Assembly (NCBI GenBank): GCA_951812955.1
Contig: OX638340.1
Coordinates: forward strand, 2,720,001-2,784,000
Direction: 5' to 3'
Origin: an uncultured Gemmatimonadota bacterium
Lineage (GTDB): Bacteria; JAAXHH01
DNA: 64,000 nt
Translations under genes and position numbers: made by a program
Part shown: piece by piece, positions 1 to 8,593 of the stretch
Layout: each line of letters opens with the position of its first letter
How positions within the stretch are numbered: the first letter of the stretch is position 1
The notes under the pieces: model-generated
Seen by the model: the letters and a program-made list of their open reading frames with translations, nothing else
Database searches by the model: none
Told to the model about the DNA's origin: nothing

Positions 1-401
1 GGACGGCCGACCTGCACTCCTACATGGACCACCTGTACAAGTGGGACATGAACCTCGGCTTGATCGCTTTCGGCGCCGATTTCCTCGACCCGCGCAACAT
101 GCTGGACATGATATGGCACTCCCAGCCCCAGGGTCATGGGCGGCAGGACTGGCACAATCCCGGCTTCGACCGCCTTGTGGACTCGGCGGCCGCGGAACTG
201 AACCAGGAAACACGGTACAGCCTGTACCGGGAAGCCTCGGCCGTCATGGCGGCGGACTATCCCGCCGCCTTCCTCTATCACGGGATGGGCCTGCAGCTCC
301 GGAAACCCTGGCTTAAAGGCTATGCCGTAAACGAAGACGGCACCGTGGGTTCCTTCCGCTGGCACAAGCTGTACATCGCCGAGGTGGACGATGGGGAGTA
401 G
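1..401 (+). CDS. C-terminal fragment of an extracellular solute-binding protein (ABC transporter, family 5 peptide/nickel-type SBP). The 5' end is outside the window.
   Basis: The frame is open from the window edge and the ORF track begins at the first ATG (24). The C-terminal composition (WHSQPQG..., YLYHGMGLQLRKPWLKGY) is typical of family-5 SBP C-termini. Stop at 399-401. Confidence 0.45.
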   Translation, partial: TADLHSYMDHLYKWDMNLGLIAFGADFLDPRNMLDMIWHSQPQGHGRQDWHNPGFDRLVDSAAAELNQETRYSLYREASAVMAADYPAAFLYHGMGLQLRKPWLKGYAVNEDGTVGSFRWHKLYIAEVDDGE

Positions 402-1347
402 GGATATTCTTCGGGGTGAGTGGGGACTCCGGGGTGAACGGAGACTGTCCGCTCTCATTTTCCTTCTCACGCCGCTCCTCCTGGGCGCCTCGGCCCTGTT
501 CTGGATTCCCGGGGCGGCAGTGGCGCAGGAAAGTCCGGTCATCCTCGAAGCGATCAGCGTCCTCCCCGTGGAAGGTCCCGAATCCAACCAGCCATCGGGA
601 CTCTTCGTCCATCAAGACACCCTGTTTACCGTTTCCGACAAGCACGACGATACCATCTTCAGGATTGAACTTCGGGAGGATGCCGCGGTTTTCGTGCCAC
701 ACGTCCGTTTCGACCCACCCAGACCCTTCGGTGTGTTCAGGCTGGACCTGGAAGGCATCACCCGCGATGAGGACGGAAGTTTCTATCTCGTCAGCGAAGG
801 GGCCTTCGCCATTCTGAAGGTCGACGCGGACTCGAAAAAGGCATCCTGGGTCACCACGAACCTACGGGACGTGGGCGCTTCGGCGGGGCTCTTCCAGACC
901 CGCGGCGGTTATCTCGAGGGGATCACGCTGATGGCCAAAGACCGGTTTCTGGTCACCGCCGAACGGCAGCCCTGCGGCCTGATCGAAGTCGACATGGCCC
1001 CCGTGCAAAGGGTCGTGGAGATCGCTAATCATGGATCGACGAACAGTTACACGGGTCTGCACCGGGAGGTCGAAAACGTATACATTCTGCAGCGGAGCAC
1101 CGCGACCATCCGGAAGACCATCCGGTACCTGGACGTGGACAGTCCCTCGGCGATCTGGTCCTTCGCCCATATCGTCAACGACCCGGAATATCTCTATCAG
1201 CACGAACAATTCGGCGCGAAAACGGCAGAGGGACTCGCCATGGACCGCGACCGGGTCTACGTCATCCTCGATAACAACAATGACGCGCGCAGGATGTATC
1301 CCACCGATCACAGGCCCTTGCTCCTGATCATGAAGCGGCCCGACTGA
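391..1347 (+). CDS. Secreted hypothetical protein, possibly a beta-propeller of the SdiA-regulated/phytase-like type.
   Basis: 318-aa ORF with an N-terminal hydrophobic signal-like segment (LIFLLTPLLLGASALFWIPGAAVAQE). Protein-like composition. Family assignment is by resemblance only. Confidence 0.5.
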   Translation: MGSRDILRGEWGLRGERRLSALIFLLTPLLLGASALFWIPGAAVAQESPVILEAISVLPVEGPESNQPSGLFVHQDTLFTVSDKHDDTIFRIELREDAAVFVPHVRFDPPRPFGVFRLDLEGITRDEDGSFYLVSEGAFAILKVDADSKKASWVTTNLRDVGASAGLFQTRGGYLEGITLMAKDRFLVTAERQPCGLIEVDMAPVQRVVEIANHGSTNSYTGLHREVENVYILQRSTATIRKTIRYLDVDSPSAIWSFAHIVNDPEYLYQHEQFGAKTAEGLAMDRDRVYVILDNNNDARRMYPTDHRPLLLIMKRPD

Positions 1348-1357
1348 CGCGCTCCGC

Positions 1358-1425
1358 GGCATGAAACGGCCGGCCACCAGTGCCGCGTATTGAGAAGCGA
1401 CCCGGCTGAAACGGCCGGCCACCAG
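1358..1425. repeat. 25-bp near-perfect direct repeat (gaaacggccggccaccagYgccgcg) present twice, each copy embedded in a short hairpin (cgcggca ... tgccgcg).
   Basis: Read directly in the intergenic region between the 391..1347 ORF and the kinase gene. One mismatch between copies. Confidence 0.6.
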
Positions 1426-1491
1426 CGCCGCGGATCACGAAGCGGCCCCTTTGACGGAACGCCGGATCGTACCCGGCCGGGACAGGCGACC

Positions 1492-2970
1492 ATGATTCCA
1501 GATGCCCGGGACAGGCTGGCACGACTCTTCCGAAACACATTCGGCCATGCACCGGCGCACATCGCCACCCTGGGCGCGGACGGATCGATACGGCGGTACT
1601 TCCGGCTGCAGGGCGAAGATCAAACCGTCATCGGCGCAGCCAACAACGACCGGCGCGAGAACACCGCCTTCCTTTTCCTGTCCCGCCACTTCCGTCGCCA
1701 CGGACTGCCGGTACCCGAGATATACGCCCAGGATCTGGACCAGGGCGTCTACCTGCAGCAGGACCTGGGCGACGAGACGCTGTTCAGCCGGTTGGCCGCC
1801 GCCCGCGCGGAGGAGGGGACGTTTCCGGAACGGTTGGCCGCCGCCCGCGCGGAGGAGGGGACGTTTCCGGAACGGTTGGCGGCGATATACCGGCGGGTTC
1901 TCGACGACCTGCCCCGTTTCCAGGTCACCGCGGCGGAGAATCTGGACTTCTCGGTCTGCTACCCAAGGAGCCGTTTTGACGGGCAATCCATCCAGTGGGA
2001 CCTGAACTACTTCAAGTACCACTTCCTGAAGCTCGTGCCTGTCGACTTTGACGAGCAGGCCCTTGAAAACGATTTCGAACGATTCACGGCGTACCTCTTG
2101 GAAGCCGATACCCGATACTTCCTGTACCGGGATTTCCAGTCCCGGAATATCATGCTGCACGATGGCCGGCCGCATTACATAGACTACCAGGGCGGGCGGC
2201 AGGGCGCCCTTCAGTACGACATCGCGTCGCTCCTTCAGGACGGCAGGGCCGACATCCCGTGGGCAACGCGGGACGAACTCCTGGATTATTATGTCGAGAA
2301 AATCGGAGCGTACGCGGCTGTTTCAAGAGCATCGTTTCTGTCCCACTACTACGGCTACGCCCTGGTCCGTCTCATGCAGGCGCTGGGCGCCTACGGGTAC
2401 CGCGGGCTGTACGAAGGCAAGTCCCACTTCCTGACCAGTATCTCCCATGGCGTTCGTAACCTCGAGGGTCTGTTGGTGCGGGCCGCCCTGCCGGACGACC
2501 TGCCTGAACTGACCCGGGCCTGGTCGCGGATCGTCGACGATCCTGCGCTTCGGCGAATGGGAGCGGTTTCCGGAGAAGGGCTGACCGTCCACCTCTGGAG
2601 TTTTTCCTATCACCTCGGCCTGCCCCGGGACCCGAGCGGAAACGGCGGGGGTTTCATCTTCGACTGCCGGATCGTGAAGAACCCCGGGCGTATTCCCGAA
2701 TACGCGGCCCTGACGGGGAAGGACGCACCGGTGGCCGTATTCCTGGACAAAAATGAGGATGCGCGGACCTTCCTGGGGGATGCGAAGACCATGGTCGACC
2801 GGGCGGTAGAACACCACCTGCGGCGCGGGTTCACCGACCTGACCGTCGCCTTCGGTTGTACCGGCGGCCAGCACCGTTCGGTATACTTCGCAGAGCGCCT
2901 GGCGGCGCACCTGTCGGAGCGTCCGGGCCTGACGGTCCGGCTGAGGCACCGGGAGCAGGAGGATTCGTGA
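1492..2970 (+). CDS. Fusion protein: APH-fold (aminoglycoside phosphotransferase-like, AmgK-like anomeric sugar kinase) N-terminal domain fused to a RapZ/YhbJ C-terminal domain.
   Basis: N-terminal part has the Brenner-type catalytic motif YRDFQSRNIMLH...IDYQG of the APH/choline-kinase fold. The last ~150 aa align with the E. coli RapZ C-terminal domain (FIFDCRIVKNPGRIP...VAVFLDKNEDARTFL...LTVAFGCTGGQHRSVYFAERLAAHL versus FVFDVRFLPNPHWDP...VAAFLDRHTEVHNFI...[25 protein letters not shown]). ORF track begins at a TTG (1390); the likely ATG start is 1492, just before MIPDARDRL. Confidence 0.7.
   Translation: MIPDARDRLARLFRNTFGHAPAHIATLGADGSIRRYFRLQGEDQTVIGAANNDRRENTAFLFLSRHFRRHGLPVPEIYAQDLDQGVYLQQDLGDETLFSRLAAARAEEGTFPERLAAARAEEGTFPERLAAIYRRVLDDLPRFQVTAAENLDFSVCYPRSRFDGQSIQWDLNYFKYHFLKLVPVDFDEQALENDFERFTAYLLEADTRYFLYRDFQSRNIMLHDGRPHYIDYQGGRQGALQYDIASLLQDGRADIPWATRDELLDYYVEKIGAYAAVSRASFLSHYYGYALVRLMQALGAYGYRGLYEGKSHFLTSISHGVRNLEGLLVRAALPDDLPELTRAWSRIVDDPALRRMGAVSGEGLTVHLWSFSYHLGLPRDPSGNGGGFIFDCRIVKNPGRIPEYAALTGKDAPVAVFLDKNEDARTFLGDAKTMVDRAVEHHLRRGFTDLTVAFGCTGGQHRSVYFAERLAAHLSERPGLTVRLRHREQEDS
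1790..1873 (+). repeat. Perfect 42-bp tandem duplication inside the kinase gene, encoding RLAAARAEEGTFPE twice in frame.
   Basis: cggttggccgccgcccgcgcggaggaggggacgtttccggaa occurs at 1790-1831 and again at 1832-1873. Confidence 0.9.
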
Positions 2971-2975
2971 AGGCC

Positions 2976-3728
2976 ATGATCCTCGCCGCGGGACTGGGTA
3001 CCCGGTTGCGGCCCCTCACTGACACCCGGCCTAAAGCCCTCGTGCCGGTGGCCGGCAGACCCATGATTCACTGGGTGATCGCGCGACTCGCCAGTCACGG
3101 CTTCACGGACATCATCATCAATGCCCATCATTTCGCGGCGCAGATCGAGACCTTCGCGGCCGCGTACAAAGGTCCGGGCTCCCCACTGACTGTTTCCGTA
3201 GAGGAGGAGATCCTGGACACGGGCGGCGGGGTGCGGAAGGCCGCGTGGTTCTTCGACCGCGAGGAGCCGTTCCTGGTGCACAACGTGGACGTGCTGACCG
3301 ACCTGGATCTATCCGGCCTGATGAACGCTCACCTGGCTTCGGATGCCCATTCGGCCTATGGGGCCCTGGTCACCTTGGCCGTGAAGAGTAGAAAAAGTTC
3401 GCGTCACCTCCTGTTCGATGAGGCGGGACGGCTGGGCGGCTGGCGTTCGGACGTTACGGGAGAGACGCGCACGGTCCGGCCGATAGCGGGTCCCGTCACC
3501 CCCGTGCCCTTCATGGGCGTCTACGTCATGTCCCCTGCCGTGTTGAGAAAGATGGCCGATCCCGGTCCCTTTTCGATCATCGACTTCTTCCTGGACCAGG
3601 CAGGTGGCGGCGCGCCGATTCGGGCCTATCGGGCTGATGATGCCAGGTGGGCGGATCTCGGAAGCGAGGACCGCATCGCGGCGGCCGAGCGGCTCTTCGG
3701 TACGGACTGGTTCGCGGAGATCGGTTAA
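2976..3728 (+). CDS. murU: Sugar-phosphate nucleotidyltransferase, MurU-like (N-acetylmuramate 1-phosphate uridylyltransferase candidate).
   Basis: N-terminal MILAAGLGTRLRPLTDTRPKALVPVAGRPMIHW is the G-x-G-T-R-L nucleotidyltransferase signature. The ATG at 2976 follows the kinase stop (2968-2970) by 5 nt. Pairing with an APH-fold kinase matches the AmgK-MurU salvage arrangement. The symbol is by context and is tentative. Confidence 0.6.
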   Translation: MILAAGLGTRLRPLTDTRPKALVPVAGRPMIHWVIARLASHGFTDIIINAHHFAAQIETFAAAYKGPGSPLTVSVEEEILDTGGGVRKAAWFFDREEPFLVHNVDVLTDLDLSGLMNAHLASDAHSAYGALVTLAVKSRKSSRHLLFDEAGRLGGWRSDVTGETRTVRPIAGPVTPVPFMGVYVMSPAVLRKMADPGPFSIIDFFLDQAGGGAPIRAYRADDARWADLGSEDRIAAAERLFGTDWFAEIG

Positions 3729-4330
3729 TCCGTTCTCCAGACGAACACATACACGCAAAGGCCAGGCTTACCCGCCATCGGTCGAAATGACTTGAAGCGC
3801 AGCGCGCCAACGGTTATCTTGGTACCGTATCGATCTTCCTATAAACACGCCCTCACCCGAAGGAGGTTTGAATTGGCTGACGCATCGTCCTCCCGCGGCG
3901 CGAGGCAGTGTCTGCGTAGTCTGCTCTATCGCGGTTGTTGCCCCCGCCGAAGTTTTACTCCTACATAACCGGCGACAGCGGGCAAATACGCGGTGAAGAC
4001 GTTTCCTTCAGGATTCGCGCTCGTTGAGCGTCTCCGGTAATCCTCGCGGAACGGTTTCTCCTCCATTATGGCCCGGACGGTCATCTTGTTCGTACCGCCC
4101 GGGGCGATGGCAACTCGTGGATATACGGAATTCCCTGCCCGAAGCCAGGCGGGAATCCTGTCCTGTAGCAGCCTTTCTCCTGCCCCGCGCGGATCGTGCA
4201 TCTATTGATCCGAGCCACGACCCGTCGCTACACGATAGCGAGTCGAGCTGCGAGAAGCGTGCAGAGCGTGTTCAATTTTCAGTGCGCAGGATATCCGCGC
4301 CGGCTCTCCGAAATCAGTAAGGTAGGTACT

Positions 4331-5722
4331 ATGTCCGGCAGAATGAATGGAAGCCCCCCCAAATTCCAGATTTACGATCTCAGGAACTACAGAAAAATAC
4401 CCCAGATTGAGCATCTCCGGGACGAGCTGAAATTCGAAATGGAAGTCGTCGCGCAGGTTCTACCGTTCCGGACCAATTCCCACGTGGTGGAGAACCTGAT
4501 CCAATGGGAGAACATCCCCGACGACCCCATGTTCCAGCTCACTTTTCCGCAGCGGGAGATGCTGTCGCCGGACCACTTCGACGCGGTGGCTGCATTGGTG
4601 AAAAAGCAGGCGGGCAAAGCGGAAATGGCGCGCACGGTGAACCGGATCCGATGGGATCTGAATCCACAGCCCGCGGGCCAACTCGAGCACAATGTCCCCA
4701 GGGAGGACAACGAGAGACTGGATGGCATGCAGCACAAGTACCGGGAGACGGTACTGTTCTTTCCATCCCAGGGACAGACCTGCCACGCATACTGCACCTT
4801 CTGCTTCCGCTGGCCCCAGTTCGTGGGGATCGATGAGCTGAAGTTCGCCAGCCGCGAGGTCGAAAGTCTCATCAGATATCTTGAGGAAAATCCCCAGGTC
4901 ACCGACGTACTTTTCACGGGCGGCGATCCCATGGTCATGCGAGCAAAGAACCTTAGCGTGTATGTCGATGCGTTGCTGAAGGCGGACCTCCCCAATCTGC
5001 ACACGATCCGAATCGGGACGAAATCGCTGGCGTACTGGCCCTACAAGTACCTTACTGACCCGGACGCGGACGACGTGCTGGCGCTCTTCGAACGGGTAAT
5101 TCGCGCCGGTAAGCACCTGGCCATCATGGCCCATTGCAGCCATCCCGCCGAACTGCAACCCGACGCGGTGGCAAAAGCGGTCGGCCGGATCCGTGGTACG
5201 GGGGCAAGAGTTTACACGCAGTCTCCCATTCTGAGGCATATCAACGACGATCCGAACACCTGGGCCGCCATGTGGCGCAAGCAGGTGGACCTGGGGATGG
5301 TTCCCTATTACATGTTCGTGGTGCGAGACACCGGCGTGCAGCGCTTCTTCGCCGTGCCGCTGGTTCGCGCGTGGGAGATCTTCCAGAACGCCTATCAGCA
5401 GGTAAGTGGGATATGCCGGACCGTGCGCGGCCCCAGCATGTCGGCCCATCCCGGGAAGATCCATGTCCTGGGCGTCAGCGAGGTCCGCGGAGAGAAGATC
5501 ATCGCCCTGCAATTCCTGCAGGGACGCAATCCCGACTGGGTCCTGCGGCCGTTCTTCGCCCGGTACGACGAAAGAGCCATCTGGCTGGACGACCTCGAGC
5601 CGGCCTTTGGCGAGGAGTCGTTTTTCTTCGAAGAAGAGTTGGCGCAGTTGTGCGCTGAGGACCTGCCCTCCGGCCAGTGGGACGTGATGGAGTCCCTGGT
5701 GCTGGAAGGCGTGGAGTTTTAG
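4331..5722 (+). CDS. KamA-family radical SAM aminomutase (lysine 2,3-aminomutase-like).
   Basis: CHAYCTFCFRW is the CxxxCxxC radical SAM motif in the KamA-type context (GQTCHAYC...). TGGDPMVM matches the KamA family. The ATG at 4331 is preceded by aaggtagg. Upstream in-frame ORF sequence from 4196 looks non-coding. Confidence 0.75.
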   Translation: MSGRMNGSPPKFQIYDLRNYRKIPQIEHLRDELKFEMEVVAQVLPFRTNSHVVENLIQWENIPDDPMFQLTFPQREMLSPDHFDAVAALVKKQAGKAEMARTVNRIRWDLNPQPAGQLEHNVPREDNERLDGMQHKYRETVLFFPSQGQTCHAYCTFCFRWPQFVGIDELKFASREVESLIRYLEENPQVTDVLFTGGDPMVMRAKNLSVYVDALLKADLPNLHTIRIGTKSLAYWPYKYLTDPDADDVLALFERVIRAGKHLAIMAHCSHPAELQPDAVAKAVGRIRGTGARVYTQSPILRHINDDPNTWAAMWRKQVDLGMVPYYMFVVRDTGVQRFFAVPLVRAWEIFQNAYQQVSGICRTVRGPSMSAHPGKIHVLGVSEVRGEKIIALQFLQGRNPDWVLRPFFARYDERAIWLDDLEPAFGEESFFFEEELAQLCAEDLPSGQWDVMESLVLEGVEF

Positions 5723-5875
5723 TGAACGGGGCAGGGGTCAGGGTACGGTACTTGATGACCTCCCTGGGATCAGCGTTTTTCGGCCACAGCCTCAGCCAGC
5801 TGTTCTTTAGCCCACTGATTAACACTCACGCCGCCCACCTCGGCCGCCTCGGCTACCGCTGCGTGGGTTTCCGGA

Positions 5876-7402
5876 TCAATCCCCCAGCCCCGCATACCGG
5901 CAGACAATCTCCACGGCCTTGACCAGGGTCTTCGCGCCGAGTACGGCGTATTCCTCGATCAGGTTGCCTTCCTGGTCGAGCGTACCCAGGCCGGGACCGA
6001 GGAACATCTTCCCGCTGTAAATCGTGGCCGGTTCGACGCCCATGTGCTCCTGGGCGAGGACGATGGGATTGGTGTTGGCCCACAGGTCTTCCAGGTTGAA
6101 GATCGGGATGCCGAAGGCGCCGTCTTTCCACGTGCGTTCGTAGTTGAGCTCGGTGCCGCCGAGCTGGTAGGTTTTCGTGAAGATCAGGTCGTCGCGGAAT
6201 CGGGAGGGTTCCATCCGGGCGAATTCCTCTACGATGATTTCGTGGAACCGGTCCACGGGATCGGTGACCAGGCGGGGACGGTCGCGGAGGACCTTCAGGT
6301 AAGCGGTCAGACCGACCAGGGTGTCCCGGCCGGGATCACTGAAGGTATAGACCGCCTTGCCGTGGGAGGACAGCTCGCCGTACCGCTGGCCGCCCAGGCC
6401 CATGCCCTTGCGGATCGGGTTTATGACCTCTTCGCGGCCAATCAGCAACCCCGACGCAGGCGCACGGCCCGGCTTGTCCATGCTGTAGGTGATGATGTCG
6501 CAGCCGATGTCCCGGGGATCCATGCCGACGATGGGAATCGATCCTCCCGTGTCCACGATGTAGGGCACGTCGTAGTCCCGGGCCACGTCGGCGAGTTTCT
6601 TCAGGAGGATCGGCGCGCCGTTCTCGTCCTGTTCGCCGAGTCCGTAGCTGGGTGTGTCGTATCCCACCGTGGCGATGCCCGTGAGCAGGGAAGCGTTCCG
6701 TTCGGCGGCCTTCTTCACGTTTCCGATGGTGCCGTCCACGTCCACCCCGGTGAGCAACGAGGTGGGATTATACCGGATGCCGTGCGGATCGTATTTCGCG
6801 CCGGCCATGGGTACGTAGAGCGTCTCGAGGTTCGCCAGGCTCTTGTTCTCGATGCCCAGTTCGCCGCCGGCGATAGTCCGGTCCACGAGAAGGTTCTTGT
6901 ACCGCGGCGGGAAGGCCCGGCCGTAGCCGCCGATCCATTCGTAGTCCTCGCCGTAAGGCATGAGCAGGCGGCCGCGGTAGATGTCGCCGTGGCGCATGGA
7001 GGGCGGAGCGCAAAGCGTCTCCAGGGTCAGGCGCAGCAGCGATTCGCAGGTGTTGGCGGCCACCGCGTCGAACTCATCGCCGTAGACGTCCTTGACGACT
7101 TCCCGCAGTTCGTCTTCGACCACCCGCACCGGGTAGGTCTTGCCGCCCCGGTTGGCTTCCACAATCGCGTCGAGAACGTAATCGGGGAGGTTGCCTGGTC
7201 TCGCCGAACTGCCGGCGTACAGGCCGATGTCCTGCCGTAGCTTCAGCGTGCCGATCTCTTCGCCGTATATCCGGGCCTCTTCGGCGATTTTACCCAAATT
7301 GTCGTAGATTGACTGGTACCACTGGAACTTGTACATGGCTGTTCTTTCTCGGATCCGCACTGCGTTGGACGAGACGGGAAGATCGTCTACGGGCGGTTTC
7401 AC
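5876..7402 (-). CDS. PLP-dependent enzyme of the SelA-like fold-type I family; function unknown.
   Basis: Long ORF with protein-like composition. YSMDKPGRAPASGLLIG resembles the SelA family S-G-D-K PLP-lysine loop. An alternative ATG start lies at 7336 (MYKFQWY). The opposite-strand ORF 6044..7240 has antisense-type composition. Confidence 0.5.
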   Translation of the reverse strand: MKPPVDDLPVSSNAVRIRERTAMYKFQWYQSIYDNLGKIAEEARIYGEEIGTLKLRQDIGLYAGSSARPGNLPDYVLDAIVEANRGGKTYPVRVVEDELREVVKDVYGDEFDAVAANTCESLLRLTLETLCAPPSMRHGDIYRGRLLMPYGEDYEWIGGYGRAFPPRYKNLLVDRTIAGGELGIENKSLANLETLYVPMAGAKYDPHGIRYNPTSLLTGVDVDGTIGNVKKAAERNASLLTGIATVGYDTPSYGLGEQDENGAPILLKKLADVARDYDVPYIVDTGGSIPIVGMDPRDIGCDIITYSMDKPGRAPASGLLIGREEVINPIRKGMGLGGQRYGELSSHGKAVYTFSDPGRDTLVGLTAYLKVLRDRPRLVTDPVDRFHEIIVEEFARMEPSRFRDDLIFTKTYQLGGTELNYERTWKDGAFGIPIFNLEDLWANTNPIVLAQEHMGVEPATIYSGKMFLGPGLGTLDQEGNLIEEYAVLGAKTLVKAVEIVCRYAGLGD

Positions 7403-7420
7403 GCCGGACCGTCGTGGGGA

Positions 7421-8575
7421 TCAGGGTATGCTGGAAATCACTTCGAGGGCCCGTTCCACGTCGGACACCCGGTTGTACAAGTGGGGCGAGAATCGGATCA
7501 CGTCGCCGCGCAACGCGACCATGACGCCGGACTGCTTCAGATGCTTCGCCACGCTGGAGATGTCGTGGCCGGGAAAACGGGCGGTAACAATGGCCGAGCG
7601 TTCGGCGGCGTTCCGGGGGGAAGTGACCTCGGCGCCGATATCCGCCAGGCCGCTGATGAGGTGGTCGGCGAGGACCTGGTTATGGGCGAAGATCTCGTCG
7701 ATACCCGTGTCCACGAGGAATCCGATCGACTTCGCGAACCCGCCGGCCAACCCATAGGCCATGGTGCTGAACTCGAACCGGGACGCGTCCTCCGGGTAAT
7801 CCGGCGGATCGGTGCTGATGTCCCAGATGTCGACCTGGCTCCGAAAGCCCACCAGGCCGGGTTCGAGGCTCGTGGCGAGATGCGGAGCGAGGTACATGAC
7901 GGCGATACCGAAAGGACCGCACAGCCACTTGTATGCTCCGGCGGCAACGGCGTCGATGCCCATGCCGGGTGCGTCGATGGGGACGGCGCCCGCGGACTGC
8001 GTGGCGTCCACGACGAGCAGGGCTCCGTGCCGGTGCGCGATCTCGGCAAAAGCGGCGAGGTCCCAGCGCTGGCCGCTGCGGAATTCGACGTGGGACAGGG
8101 CCACTACGGCCGTGTTGTCGTCAATGAGGTCCCGGACGCGGCCGGGATCGACAGTACCTCCCCCCCGCGCGTGCGCCAGCCGGATCTCACAGCCCGTGTG
8201 GTTGGCGACCCGTCTCCAGGGGTAGACCGAAGCGGGGAAGGATACGTCCGTGCTGACGACGTTGGTTTCCGGTCCGGGCATGACCGCCCAGGCGAGGGAA
8301 CTCAGGAGCTCGGTGGTGCTGGACCCGGCGGCGATGTCGGTCGGCGACGCGTTGAAGAGCCGGGCGGCCTGCCGGTGCAACTCATCGAATACCGTGGCTT
8401 CGGCTTCTTCGTCGAAGTGGTTGCTGCCGTTCTCGGCGACGTCCCGGTACCATTCGGTGATCGCGGACGCGGCCGGACGGTACATGGGCGTTACGTTCGC
8501 CGCGTTGATGTAGGTGCAGGTCTGTGCTACGGGAAACTCATCGACCGGAACCAGCGGATCGAGGGACTGTGGCAT
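7421..8575 (-). CDS. Class V aminotransferase/desulfurase-family PLP enzyme.
   Basis: AGAYKWLCGPFGIAVMY places the PLP lysine in class-V context. Length is 384 aa. The large plus-strand ORF 7481..9835 has antisense composition. Confidence 0.75.
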   Translation of the reverse strand: MPQSLDPLVPVDEFPVAQTCTYINAANVTPMYRPAASAITEWYRDVAENGSNHFDEEAEATVFDELHRQAARLFNASPTDIAAGSSTTELLSSLAWAVMPGPETNVVSTDVSFPASVYPWRRVANHTGCEIRLAHARGGGTVDPGRVRDLIDDNTAVVALSHVEFRSGQRWDLAAFAEIAHRHGALLVVDATQSAGAVPIDAPGMGIDAVAAGAYKWLCGPFGIAVMYLAPHLATSLEPGLVGFRSQVDIWDISTDPPDYPEDASRFEFSTMAYGLAGGFAKSIGFLVDTGIDEIFAHNQVLADHLISGLADIGAEVTSPRNAAERSAIVTARFPGHDISSVAKHLKQSGVMVALRGDVIRFSPHLYNRVSDVERALEVISSIP

Positions 8576-8593
8576 GGTAAGGCCTCCCGGCGA

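Noticed and set aside
3926-4201. 91-aa minus-strand ORF in the long leader upstream of the KamA-like gene.
   Set aside because: No RBS, no motif, and composition not convincing. The region is treated as non-coding leader.
6044-7240. 398-aa plus-strand ORF opposite the SelA-like gene.
   Set aside because: Antisense-type composition. The minus-strand protein is clearly protein-like.
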